DNA of 64,000 bases from Trichoplax sp. H2 (taxonomy: Eukaryota), in contig NOWV01000030.1 in the NCBI GenBank assembly GCA_003344405.1, positions 1 through 64,000 of the forward strand, read 5' to 3'. Shown here one piece after another: positions 52,601 to 64,000 of the stretch; position 1 is the first letter of the stretch; each line of letters begins with the position of its first letter. The notes below the pieces were generated by a model that saw nothing but the letters and a program-made list of their open reading frames with translations, had not been told where the DNA came from and made no database searches. The position numbers were made by a program, and so were the translations under genes.

Positions 52601-54814
52601 GTAGACATTTTCTAGTAGCCCTTGTATCTTGCCATGGTGACTAATTTATGCTACATAGTTAATCTTTAGGAATACTCTTAAAATTCGTGTAGGAAAAATA
52701 TCTTAAATTTGCCTGAAATTAGTAACTAAAATCTTAAATATTGATAATAAACTCTCTGTAATATCGAGGTTAATAATTTTTTCTACTTAGAATAATGAAA
52801 CGCCTGTAATAACCTGTATCAAACATTATTATGGATCTAAAAAAGCCCTTTATCTTCAATCTATTGAGACTTTGGCCAAAAGTGGAGCAATCCTAGACTA
52901 TTGTGCCGGAGTAAAAATTATTAATTTACTATCGACTAATGTTATACAGTACCTTTCTATAGATACTTGCTAATAAACTTGAAACAGTAAAGATGTTAGA
53001 GATTTTCGTAAATCTTATCTTAAAATGCCTGTACAGGTATCCATTTGTATAGCAATTCATGTCATTAACCTAGACTAAGGCATTCAAATTGTATAGGGAC
53101 AAACGCCACTATTGTATGCGACGCGCCTAGCAAGAGATGAATGTGTGAACAAACTACTAAGTCTGGGTGCGAATCCTCATATAACAGATGAGGTGAGCGT
53201 TCGCTACTTTTAATAATACACAAGATGTTATCAACCGTTTATTATTCATGTTTTGCTTTATTATATTCTACTGTCGTACCTTTTCTGTTAATACGTATGA
53301 TTGCTATAAAGTATTTTATCAATATATTTCTTAAATTGTATAGTTATAATATGAATTTCAATTTATTAGAATCAAGTGAATGCACTTATAGTAGCTACCC
53401 AGATTATTCCACGGAATCGTTTAGTTAGAGGCCATTACCAACGTATTTTGACTTACCTGCTTAAGACTGGCGTCAACGTTAATCATCAAGACGCGGTAAT
53501 TAATTGAATAATTATAGTTAACATTATCGTACTGTAATACTGTATACAGTAATATCGTGAAGATGTAGTGTATAGTACTGTGTAGGTATCACTGTCATAA
53601 CATTGATATAAATAGAAAGCAAGAAAAGTCTGTCTAACCAAAACAAGTTATCTCCTATACTAGGCTGGAAATACCGCTATTATATTTGCGGTAAAAAACG
53701 AGCAAGATCGGTACATTAAAGTTCTTCTTAATAACGGTGCAAATCCTTATATTACCAACAAGGTATCTATCCAAAATGAAATGGACTTATAACCTATGGG
53801 GATAGTAGTGTTATTAAAGACTGTATTTGATTAATCTAGGAAGGGATATCCGCATTGCAAATATGCGAAGCAGTTAAAGATTCATATATTAAAGAGCAAT
53901 TCCGGTACTTTCAAGAGATACGACGGGTAAAGTCACCAGAATTAGTAATGAAAATCTTTTTAGTTTTATCGTTAAATCATGTAGTATTAAAAAGTTTAAG
54001 ACGAACAGTCGTATAGGTATGTAAGATCCAGTTCAATATTTATTGCAGCAGTTTTGTAATGCTATTCATATTGCATTACGCTAAGCTAATTGCTCTATCC
54101 GTGGGAATAGTTATAATCTACTTTTTTGATACTTATGTTGATAACCCTCATATATCCAGTGGTTAGCTTTATCCTTACGGATTCTTTATAACCTTCTCAA
54201 GGAGGTCTACGAAGGAGCCGCAGTTAGCGATACCGTTGATGGGAATCCCAGTAATCTGTACCAGAATAATTCCCCTATAGAAAGCACAGATGATAACACG
54301 TCAACTGATGCTGCTAAGCCCATTAATCTACTCCCGAACAGTCCTTCTCTAGCAAGTACAGATGATAACAAGTCAACTGATGTTGCTAATTCCGTTAATC
54401 TACTCCCGAACAATCCTCCTGTAACAAGCACAGATAGTAACAAATCAACTGGTGAAACTGATGCGACAAAAGGTGCTAGCAATGATCGTATGATTGATCC
54501 TGCGATAACCCCAGCTGTATCAGATGACCAAAAGGAAACAAGTCTAGAAGTAGAGGCCCAAAAACGGTACGTCGTGATTGTAGCTGCTATAGTATGATAT
54601 GCAAGGTTTTCATTAACTGGCTATGACTCATTTTTTCAATGTTAGCTAATGGAATAAACATTGTCGATGTGTTCAATGTACTATATTTCCAGAAAGTCTT
54701 AAAATATTATTATCTAGCTAAGTATTCATAGACAATTATCTTTATTTCTTTCGTAGAGGGCAAGAAACTCACCAAAATGAGCAAAGGCGTTCGAAACGAT
54801 TAAGATTAAAGTGA
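49660..54814 (+). CDS. Ankyrin-repeat protein (~14-15 repeats) with low-complexity tail and basic C-terminus; start exon not located
   Basis: Phase-0 exons of ~87-125 nt (many 99 nt) starting ~49660, 50245, 50459, 50745, 51027, 51245, 51426, 51597, 51857, 52356, 52791, 53097, 53370, 53663, 53840. Each encodes one ankyrin repeat (e.g. GKSALMHAIIVGNCEIAILLLNRGSKVNATD, GQTPLLYATRLARDECVNKLLSLGANPHITD). Exons ~54202-54566 and 54757-54814 follow, ending RRSKRLRLK-stop. Confidence 0.9.
54252..54450 (+). repeat. 72-bp (24-aa) coding tandem repeat, ~3 copies, in the ankyrin gene tail
   Basis: NLYQNNSPIESTDDNTSTD / NLLPNSPSLASTDDNKSTD / NLLPNNPPVTSTDSNKSTG. Confidence 0.85.
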
Positions 54815-56333
54815 TTACATGTTCTGATGGTTAAACTATTTACCATTTTTCAGACAAGTTCAGTCATGAACAAATTCCTGATTTCTAGCTGCCACTATAT
54901 TTCTAATTTGCCGAGAAACATTACTGTGCTTTTATATATTGTATAGTATACAAGAGAGAAAGTGTATAACCGAATTGTAAATGATGGTACTTGTATAAGT
55001 TATAATAATTATTATTATCTTCCTTTTACCAATACAGCCGTCACAAATGCGATGTATACGATAATACGCATTGGCAATGAAGGTACGTTAGTTAAGCCAA
55101 TGACGTGAATTTTATATCATGAAGACAACACTACCATTTTATCCCCAATCTAGTCCATAAATTATAAAATTTAGCTTTATTGACTTATTAATTATATATT
55201 CTATTCACTGTATGTTAGCAATCTTGCTATCATACTTACACCTTGACTCGAAGATATCTTTCGTGTAACATACAGTTTTTAATAATATTTTATTGAACCC
55301 ATCATTCGATCGACTGCAATTTTTAATAAAAATTTTTTTTAATTTAATAAAGTTGCACCTACTCTAAGGCTAGCAGATAATTTTATATTTGTATGTCACG
55401 TAAGCCGTAGTTGTAAGCTGTACTTATGAGTATACACTCAAAATGATCGACATACAGTAGTGATATTTGACATGTTAATATATGTTACACTATGACGGCA
55501 TAGCTCTTTCAAAGCGAATAGATAAGCTGGATACACTATAGTCTATTTATCGCCATCTTTTACAAGAGCACGTAGAAACGGCGTATATATTTCACGGTAT
55601 TCACCGTTGAGGCTTGGAACAAAGAGAGGACTACTAAGAAAGATAAGTACAAAGCTCGTTAGCAACTTATTAATGCATTTTTTGTAATATTTGAAGGCTT
55701 AATAACATTACTGATCAACTGGTAGGATATATGATGTTGATATATATAACGAAAGATATACTGTATGTAGACGATTGTATTATTCAAATCGGCATTATAA
55801 CAAACAACTGATGAATCATGTGTAAAAATGGGTTGTAACCTTAACGATAATAAGTTACCAAATTATCCTTAAACTTGCTAAAAAGTAGAGTTTACATTGT
55901 CTGCTAGGAATCAACGCTAATTTAATCCCCTTGGGATATCCGCTATTTTATACATTGTCTTTCAAGTTGGAGATGCTCTCCAACCGAGCCTATAGTGGAT
56001 AGCATCTTTTGATTGGTTTTAGAGTTATTACATGTTTTGTTCCTTTATTCTGTTATGACATCATCATTTTTATTCTTTAATCATCAAGACTCCATGCTAA
56101 GGCCAGACTGGGATTAAAAAAACTAGTTGATCAAGTATAAACTCTTATTAGAGTATAATCCTATTTTTTAATCTGACGCGCCTCTTTCCAACTGGATAGT
56201 TAACTCAATTTGGACTGTCTTGTTAAGGATGTATCGCTTATACTAGTTGTTGTAATCAATCCTTATTCAATAGCACTGTCTTGATTGGCTTTTCATCTCA
56301 TCCATTGGATAGTAAAAGAGAAAAAAATTAGCC

Positions 56334-56975
56334 ATGAATTTCTCTATGAATTTATCGATTTATCCATCAGTCATACCAAACGAAATTCGTGTCGATATTG
56401 AAAACATGCAGAAAAGACTTGGTTATCATATTAAAAATATCAATTTACTTCTTCAAGCTTTAACAAGGCAAAGTGCAATTCGCCAAGGTATACACTATGC
56501 TAGTAAAAGCAACAATCAACGATTGCAATGGGTAGGTAGTAATATGTTTCACAGTGGGATCGTTTATAAATTGTACGAAAAATACGCTAATAATAGTTAC
56601 ATTAGTACCGATTACTTAAACAAAGTAGCAATTAATATTACATCCAATATGGCGTTAGTTGCTGAAATTGGTAAACGAATTGGTTTAGCAAGTTGTGTCT
56701 TTCGTGGATCAGATGAGGAAATTATCACTTCAGAAATATTAGCTCATACATTTTTGGCCATCTTAGGCTCGATAACACTCGATGACGGCGGTCAAAAAGC
56801 AGTGCATGATGTTATTGAACGCCATTGGAAATGGTTTCTTGATAATCCTGAAGAGTCATTTAAAAGACGGCCCTCATCATTTCATACCCGTATGCCACCT
56901 CGTTCAGCGACTATGCCTTCACGACAAAGAATTCGTAGTTCTGATTTCCCAAATCATGGCACTGAAGTCTTATAG
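56334..56975 (+). CDS. Stand-alone RNase III-fold protein, predicted catalytically inactive (213 aa)
   Basis: IENMQKRLGYHIKNINLLLQALTRQS, NNQRLQWVGS (cf. NERLEFLGD), ITSNMALVAEIGKRIGL, ILAHTFLAILGSITLDDGG (cf. LAD..EA..GA..LD.G). Shares 'YKLYE' and 'EIGKR.GL' with the 36118 protein. No dsRBD; the tail is short and Arg/Pro/Ser-rich. Confidence 0.85.
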   Translation: MNFSMNLSIYPSVIPNEIRVDIENMQKRLGYHIKNINLLLQALTRQSAIRQGIHYASKSNNQRLQWVGSNMFHSGIVYKLYEKYANNSYISTDYLNKVAINITSNMALVAEIGKRIGLASCVFRGSDEEIITSEILAHTFLAILGSITLDDGGQKAVHDVIERHWKWFLDNPEESFKRRPSSFHTRMPPRSATMPSRQRIRSSDFPNHGTEVL

Positions 56976-57913
56976 GTAAAAAAGAGACAAGGCTACTCAA
57001 AAGGGAAGCGATGATTTTATCCGCTTGTAAATCTAACATCACCTATTTAATCACTTTATTGGTTTATTTTTTGACTGTTGATTCAAGAGCTGTTAAATTG
57101 ATAGCTTAATCGATTGAAGCAATGATAGACTATTTCTTGGTTGATGCGCTTATCGAGAGCAATAATTATACTAGGCATAAAGTGATGTATGTCAATATAA
57201 TCGGCCGACAGTTATCAAGGATATACTACCATTAATTTATAATTCTATAATTTGTTTTCTATGTACTGACTTCATGATGTATAGCATAACAGCGAGTAAC
57301 CTTTTAACTGTAACCATGACAATATTACTACATACATTAATCATTATTTGGTAGTATCGATCATCATACTAGAATGATTTGACTAACAAAATAGAAAGGT
57401 TAGAGCAAATTGAACTAAATCTATCTCAACAGTTACAACATTGGTTTAACGCTATTGCCAGTGAGAGTGCTGTAAAAGTTATCGTGTAGCAGTGGATTAT
57501 AATTAGCAGTCTACCTTTCTATTTGTATCGAATTCTTTACGACACTATTATTTGTTACCTTGCATGGAGATATATTACAATAAAAGATAGAGTCAATAAA
57601 AGCAACGTTTATTGGATTAAAGTAATCCGAATTGTTATAAGCAACAGGTTACAGGATCTACTTGAAGTCAACAAGGTATACTAACCTATTTTAATAATAA
57701 TTATAATGAATAATAAAACTTCAATTGAGTGCGGTACATGATCTATTGGCTAGCAGGTACGATATCGATTAAAGATAGGCCATTAAATTATGAATTAGCT
57801 GATATCATTGCTATGAAAGGTTAGAATCATATCCTTTTACAACGGCATCTCTATATCCATTTTCAACAATCTGGTGGTTATTGATGGTATTGATGGAGAA
57901 AGTTGAACTAGTG

Positions 57914-60900
57914 TTAGCTTTCTTCATCAGTACTGTCCGAGTCGCGGTCGCTAAGATCATTTAGATCGAATTCCTCGGCAAGCTTTGGACAGAATCGATG
58001 CACCAAATCGACACCTGTTTCGTCATTAAAATTCCTTCTCTTCCATGATGCTCCATACTTTAGCAATAATTGAATTCGTTCCACTTTGTCCGAAAAGGAA
58101 AGGCCTTTCGTTCTTATCAACAGATGTATTGGTAGATCGCCTTTACTCGATTGGGTATGGTAGTTAACGTTGTTAATACCAAGGACAATTCCTTCGATAT
58201 CCTCCAGTGAACTAGTTTGACTACATAGACAACTGGGTAATTTGTTATGATCTGCCACAGGTAGTGGTTTCTTGCCTTTTCTCATAGGATTTACAAAATA
58301 CGATTCACGGTAGAACGTTCTACTCGTTGATTCCATATTTGTTTGATTCTGATTGATGGCGTTTCGTTTTGGCCTTTGCTTGTTTACTCTAGGCCATTTG
58401 TTCTTTCCACGTACTTTTGTTGAAGCTGCATTAGCATTATTTACATCGGTAGCATGCCATTTTGGATTAGAGCTCTTTTCCGCTGAATTGTTCATAACAT
58501 GATCATCATTCGTTGGCTCAACTTTAACCTTAATGGTGGTTAATTTGCTGACATTCGGTTTGGTTTCTTGGAAATGATTATTATGGTTATAAACAGTAGA
58601 AGAACTACCAGTAGTAGGTGCATCGACCTGAGTGTCAGTGGGTTCTAATTTTATAGTAGGCTTTGAACCAGCAAGCTTACCATACGATTGTTTTGACTGA
58701 TTGATATTTTCATTTCGATCACGTAAATCATCCGTTAGATCCCTTTTGACGCTTTCTTTACAATCTTCAACTTGTTCAATAAAGTCGCTTGAAATATTTC
58801 CTGCTAAATCTCTACCACTCTCTCCACAATTATTCCTCTTATCCCAGTCAGCACCATATTTTAATAAAAATCGCAAACGGTGTATTTTTTCCCTTTGGGA
58901 TAATGTACATGCTCTAATTAACGCCATGATTAAAGTATCGCCACGTCGATTAGGATAACGCCGATTGACATCAATACGACGCAATTTTAATGCTACTAGT
59001 CTGAGATTGCAATCGACGGTAATAATTTGTCGAAAAATCAATTTTAACGTTGTATCTTCATAGCCCAATTCTGTATGATTTTGTTCCATGTATCGTTTTT
59101 GATCTTTATGTGATTCTCTATCACGAAGTGCTGCTCGGAATGCTTGTCCATAACTTGATTCTTCAATCCATTGAACTAATTGTGGACAGAATTGGTATAA
59201 GACATCGATAGCACTAATGTTGCCGCTATCCGTAGCATTCCAATCAGCATTGCAATCTAATAATAACTGAATTCGTTTCCATTTATCTTTATCACTTAAG
59301 CTACTAGCCACCAGTACCTTAATTAAAGGCGTATAACCATTTACAGTTGAGTCAGGCTCGTTGATGCAAGAACTTTCACGTTGGATAATCGACTGTAAAA
59401 GTTCAAAGTCGATATTGGGCTGATCGATTGCATGATATAGATCAGGAATAACGGACGTGTTATTTCCTTGAGCTGGACGTTTTTCCTTGACACTAGCGCT
59501 TGATGATGATGCTACCTTACAAGATATCGATTCTAGTACACTTTTAATTTCATTTTTGAATAATTTCTCAATCACATTACCGACATATAACAAGCTACCA
59601 TCGCTATCTTTGTAGACTAGGCCAACCACAGCAAAGAGTAATCGATCGTAGGAGCTGCATTCACCATTATCCATTAATTCTGCCAAACCACTGCGTTTAC
59701 CAACCTAGTGAATAAATTTCGAATCATTTAACCATGATATCAATCGCCGAGAAAGCTTAAGGTAATCAAAATACTCATTCTTATGGGCATCCTAGATGAA
59801 AAAAGATGATTTGACTTCTATTTGTAGTGGCAAGCAATCTATTGAACATTCATTGTAAAACATTGCTAATGTAGGCGACTTTGCGCATTTTCTCTATGGG
59901 GTGATGTCAACAAGACCAAGCATAACTCTAGGTTAAAAGAAGAAATATTTCTTCCTAGTGCTTTCTACTGCTTCCGATAAAGTGGTTTAAAGTTAGCCTA
60001 CATTGGAGTATGTTTCCTGTCTGCATTCTTGTCAATGGGCCATTTGATCTCAGCAAAAGGAAATTCAAGATTGCTACTGTAGACGACGATTACTTTGCCT
60101 ATTTTTATCCATGGCCACTGGCCAAGCTTGACTCGACCCTAAAGGAATTGCATTTCTTATTTTTATTGCTTTTTACTGCTTATTCTATAATCATAATGTG
60201 AATTCAACGTAAACCTAGATTGTAGCCTATTTCCTGTCAGCATTCTTGTCTATTGGCTAATCATTCATATAATGATAATGAATGCATGAATCGAAGCAAA
60301 AGGAAATTGAAGATTGCTATTCTAGGCGCCCATTATTGTGTGCATTTCTAGAGGGGCTTTGAAAAGGGATTTTTGTTGAAAAGTCCATGGCCAAAGCATA
60401 TAACTCGACACTAAAGGGACTTATTTATTAATTTTTACTGCTGCTAATTCGATCATCATAAGGCGAGTTACAATTTAACCTAGATGGTAGCATGTTTCCT
60501 ATTGGCATTCTTGTGGCTAACAAATAATTCAATGGTAATGGATGAATTCATCAGAGCAAAAGGAAATTCAAGATTGCTCTTCTAGGCGCCCGACTATTTT
60601 GTCTATTTTTATAGGGGCTTTGAAGACAGCGCTAAAGCAATTATTTCTTACTATCGTTTTCCATTGCTGCCAATCATGGAGACTAAAGGTGAATTGAAAT
60701 TAAAGGCGTATTTGCATTCTTGTCGCCTACAAGTTTACTGGCAATAGATGCTTGCCTTCCATTTCATTAGCAATGGACATGGCAAAAAAGAACATGGAAG
60801 AGTGGCAGTTTTTTTAACCCGACTCCAGACTTGATCCAGTCTATCGTCTATTGACATTTACTGTTGCAACATGTAGGAAGCAAGCCTAGAGAATTATGTT

Positions 60901-61340
60901 CAAGTCGGATGGATCATGACTGACGCCATGATGGTAATTTGGTGTTTGTGCTGCCTTTCGTTCATGCTCAAGGAATAAAGATGGAACAATTTGTTGCAGC
61001 CATGATAGCACTTGCTTGTCGTCTACCATGCAATCTACCTCCTACTAAAACATGACTCCTATGTAGAATTTTCATACCTCGTTGACAACATCGCTCTCTA
61101 AAAGCCATCGAACGAAGTGGTGGGCTGAATCTTGACTGATAAAGCCTTGATTATGAGGTATAATCCTTCCCTCGAAATAAAGCTTAAGAAATCGCTTGCC
61201 TCGACCAATAGGATCTTCATCATTGGCCGACCAGACAGGGTAATCCACACTCCACATTGCATCTCTTAATAAGTTTGGATTTTGAATTTTATAACCCGTT
61301 TTCTCATGGAATATTTGCGCTCGGCGATTTAGCGAATCCT
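57914..61340 (-). CDS. Degenerate RNase III domain + three atypical ankyrin-like modules; spliced, 5' start exon not located
   Basis: Exon 61340-61078 (acceptor tcttcttgtcttgttAG, donor gag|GTatga) splices in phase 0 to exon 59704-57914 (acceptor cactAG). The join reads ...WLLESDVVNE|VGKRSGLAELM...RLLFAVVGLVYKD, matching WLVSNDTVLPEIGKRLGLEKC...NYTEAILGAAVID of the 36118 protein. Upstream FHEKTGYKIQNPNLLRDAM matches the RNase III N-terminal helix. Modules at ~59445, 59045, 58230 (KRIQLLLDCNADW, HRLRFLLKYGADW, ERIQLLLKYGASW). Confidence 0.8.
59998..60725. repeat. Degenerate ~215-265-bp tandem repeat (~3 copies) inside the intron of the minus-strand RNase III-ankyrin gene
   Basis: Recurring 'tttcct...gcattcttgt' and 'agcaaaaggaaatt(c/g)aagattgct' at ~60052, ~60295, ~60555, plus 'ccatggcca...actcgac.ctaaagg'. 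Confidence 0.8.
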
Positions 61341-63104
61341 CTAACAAGACAAGAAGAAAGATATTTCAAGTTATTTTTCTTCTCGTCAAGATAATTATTA
61401 TCTGAGAAAAAAAATGTCTGTCTGACGACAATAAGAAAGGCCAGGCCTTGGCAAGCCATGCCATGAGCAATTAATAAGATTGAAAAAAATAAACTAAAAT
61501 GCATTTTCCTCTAGTCTTGGAGACTACTCTTTTCTCAGCTCAACTCTCTAGCAACTTCTTGCTCCTATAGCGTAGTACAAATCCAAGATAGAAAAAGGAA
61601 AACGGGGAAAAATAACCAACTCAATCCATGCATCCAGCAGAAAGTATTTTCCTAATCTAGACGATGCAATATTGCATCGTCCAACTGGCTTCCATGACGA
61701 TTGCAATGCAAAATTGTCATGACTACATCATGAGAGGACTCTTTAAGCAATTATTTACCATCATAAGTGTCCATTATTGGCAGAAGATTGAGCTTTGACC
61801 ACTAGTAAATCGATATAGCAAGACCAATGAGCCTGTTTCCTCGCCGTTGACAAGGTGGAAATGATGGCGGAAAAGGATCGAGCGCAGAGTATTTATTCTT
61901 TACCGCTGCTTTGATACCAATACCGAGAGGCATATGGTACTAGCGAGTAGTCAACACTATCTTATCCTATCATGGAATGCGTTCCTATGTATGGCTGGCG
62001 GTTTCTACTGGGGAAATGCCATTTTTGTAGATTATCGATAGCCTTATTAGTAGCCAAGGCTTGGAGAACTAAGCCATCCATGATCATTACTTGCTTTATC
62101 CTGTAGTATTGATCATGTTTGCTCGAACGGGAGAAACAAGATGGCTAAAATGGAGTCGGTGGCGAGCCGAATTTGGCTCATGGCGTCAAAAAGCAGCAAG
62201 TCAACAGGATACAGGGGGTGCAGTCATGGATGATGGAGATTCCTTATTCGTTAGCATATCCAATACTCAGTCTCGAATCATTATGCAATTAGGGCAATTA
62301 AGTTCAAGACTAAGGACGCCTAGAAGAAATCGCAGCGTGCAAGGATGGCGCAATGGCTACAGAAAATTGGCGACTGCACACGAGATGAAATCAACGTTGC
62401 TCAAATCAATTCATCACGTGCACGATCGGTCTAAATGAAAGCAATCAAAATGAATATGGCGATTCAAATCAAGTGATAGCAAGTAATTTAATCATAATTC
62501 AAGTATGGTAGTAAATATTGAAAACGTTCCAGCAATAGAATCGGCGATATCAATCGAACGAGCTGAGACCGGCCATGTACCAATTCGGTGCGCAACGACT
62601 AACGGTGCAATTTTGAGATCGATGTTAGTTACTCGATATGGAAAACATGGCGTAGAAGACCGCTTTCTGTGCTATATTGCCCTTTCCTTTTTAATAGGCT
62701 TGCAGCTTAGCCATCTTTCTGCATGTGTCAAGAATGATAGCGATGCAATTTTGGATCAATGTCCGCAACGCGATATGGAAAAACACGCATTAGAGGCTCC
62801 GCTTTCTGTGCCATTTTTCCATTTGCTTACAGCTTAGGCATCTTGCTGCTTTCTACAAGTGTCAAGAATGATAGCGATGGGATCAAGTTTCAGTGCTGTC
62901 ATTGGAATGATTGAGTAATGCACAATAATTGCAAATTTATGATTGTCAACATGTTTGTTGAGCAGATACGGTGTAGTACACAGAATCATGAGCAGGAAGC
63001 GACAAGGCTTTCTGCTCGTTACTATTCAAGAAGAAGTTCCCTAGTCAAACCGAGGTCTTTCTTAGTATGTTTGAACGACTTGGATTCACAAGATTGCACC
63101 ATTT

Positions 63105-63790
63105 CTACCTGATTTCTACAGTATTGATTTTGTTTTATCTAGAATGGAGTACTCGAACTAAACTACAGTATAGTGCACTGCTGACAACCAAGCATCAAGT
63201 TAAAATGGCTTCCCAATGACAGGATAACACAAACATGTTTCATTGCTTTCCAAGGAATGGTGGGTAAACTCAAACGAGACTTCAAATTTCCAATAGCCAC
63301 CTTGGATATATAGCAACTGTTTTTCTCTGTAGTACGATTGTGCAGCTACTTGCTAGTCTTGATATTTTGCAATCACTAACATTTTTGAAGGCAGATTTCA
63401 CACTCTGCCAACGACTTTGTCTTGTCTACAGCTGAATGCTCTGAGGAAAGGTTACTCGAGCAGCAAGCTAAAATGGCTTCGCAATGACTGGATAACAGAA
63501 CCAGATTTCATTGATTTCCAAGGAATGATGAACTCAAACGAGTATTGATATCTCCAATAGCCACCTTGGATATATATTAAACAAGTGTTTTTCTCTTTAG
63601 TAGGATTGTACAACTATTGCTGGTCTTGAAATTTTGCAATCACTAACATTTTAAGGTAGATTTCACACTTTGCTAACGACTTTGTCTTGTCCACACCTGA
63701 ATACTCTGAGGAAAGGTTGCTCAGCTATTACGCATTGCAAATAACGAAGCATCAAGTTAAAATAGCTTCCCAATGAGAGGATAACAGGGA
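63105..63790. repeat. ~275-285-bp tandem repeat, two copies plus a partial
   Basis: 'aag(t/c)taaaat(g/a)gcttc(c/g)caatga...ggataaca' at ~63197, ~63466, ~63755. 'ccaatagccaccttggatatata' and 'ttttgcaatcactaacatttt...agatttcacact...aacgactttgtcttgtc' each occur twice. Confidence 0.88.
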
Positions 63791-64000
63791 TCAACTTCGA
63801 TGTTGTGCTACTGCCATTGAAAGCTTTCTTGCGACGTCTATATTGCTTTCATCATCGTTTGTTAAATGTTGCATCGTATCGTATAAGACTGTAAATGCAG
63901 CAATATCATCATTAGGGGAAGCATCCTAATATAGTTATGAAATACTCTACAGTTATACGACAGCAGACTCAGAACGACTGAGTTCGTAAATTATACGACT

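Noticed and set aside
62091..63112. ORFs of 115, 110 and 64 aa upstream of the third RNase III paralogue
   Set aside because: No motifs recognised, and the region contains short duplications and abuts a tandem repeat.

Overview
AT-rich eukaryotic genomic DNA with short GT-AG introns and animal-type genes. It is probably an early-branching animal; a placozoan-like genome is my guess and cannot be proven from the sequence. Manual splicing supports eight protein-coding genes: (1) a family-B/adhesion-type 7TM receptor with a SEA-like ectodomain but no GAIN/GPS; (2,3) two convergent paralogues that each fuse an N-terminal CARD-like death fold to a HERC2-type RCC1-like beta-propeller; (4) an intronless 1414-aa protein with one RNase III domain and seven atypical ankyrin-like modules; (5) an intronless GT10 alpha-1,3-fucosyltransferase; (6) an ankyrin-repeat protein with about 14-15 repeats, one per exon; (7) a stand-alone RNase III-fold protein lacking all four catalytic acidic residues; (8) a spliced, degenerate RNase III with three ankyrin modules, whose RNase III domain appears only after joining exons across a 1373-nt intron. 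The main candidate novelty is this three-member RNase III/ankyrin family (one plausibly active nuclease, two pseudo-nucleases, no dsRBD/PAZ/helicase) next to the CARD-RCC1 pair. Together they may form an undescribed dsRNA-processing or innate-immune locus (inference). The window also holds several tandem-repeat arrays and an assembly gap with a duplicated flank. No database searches were run.
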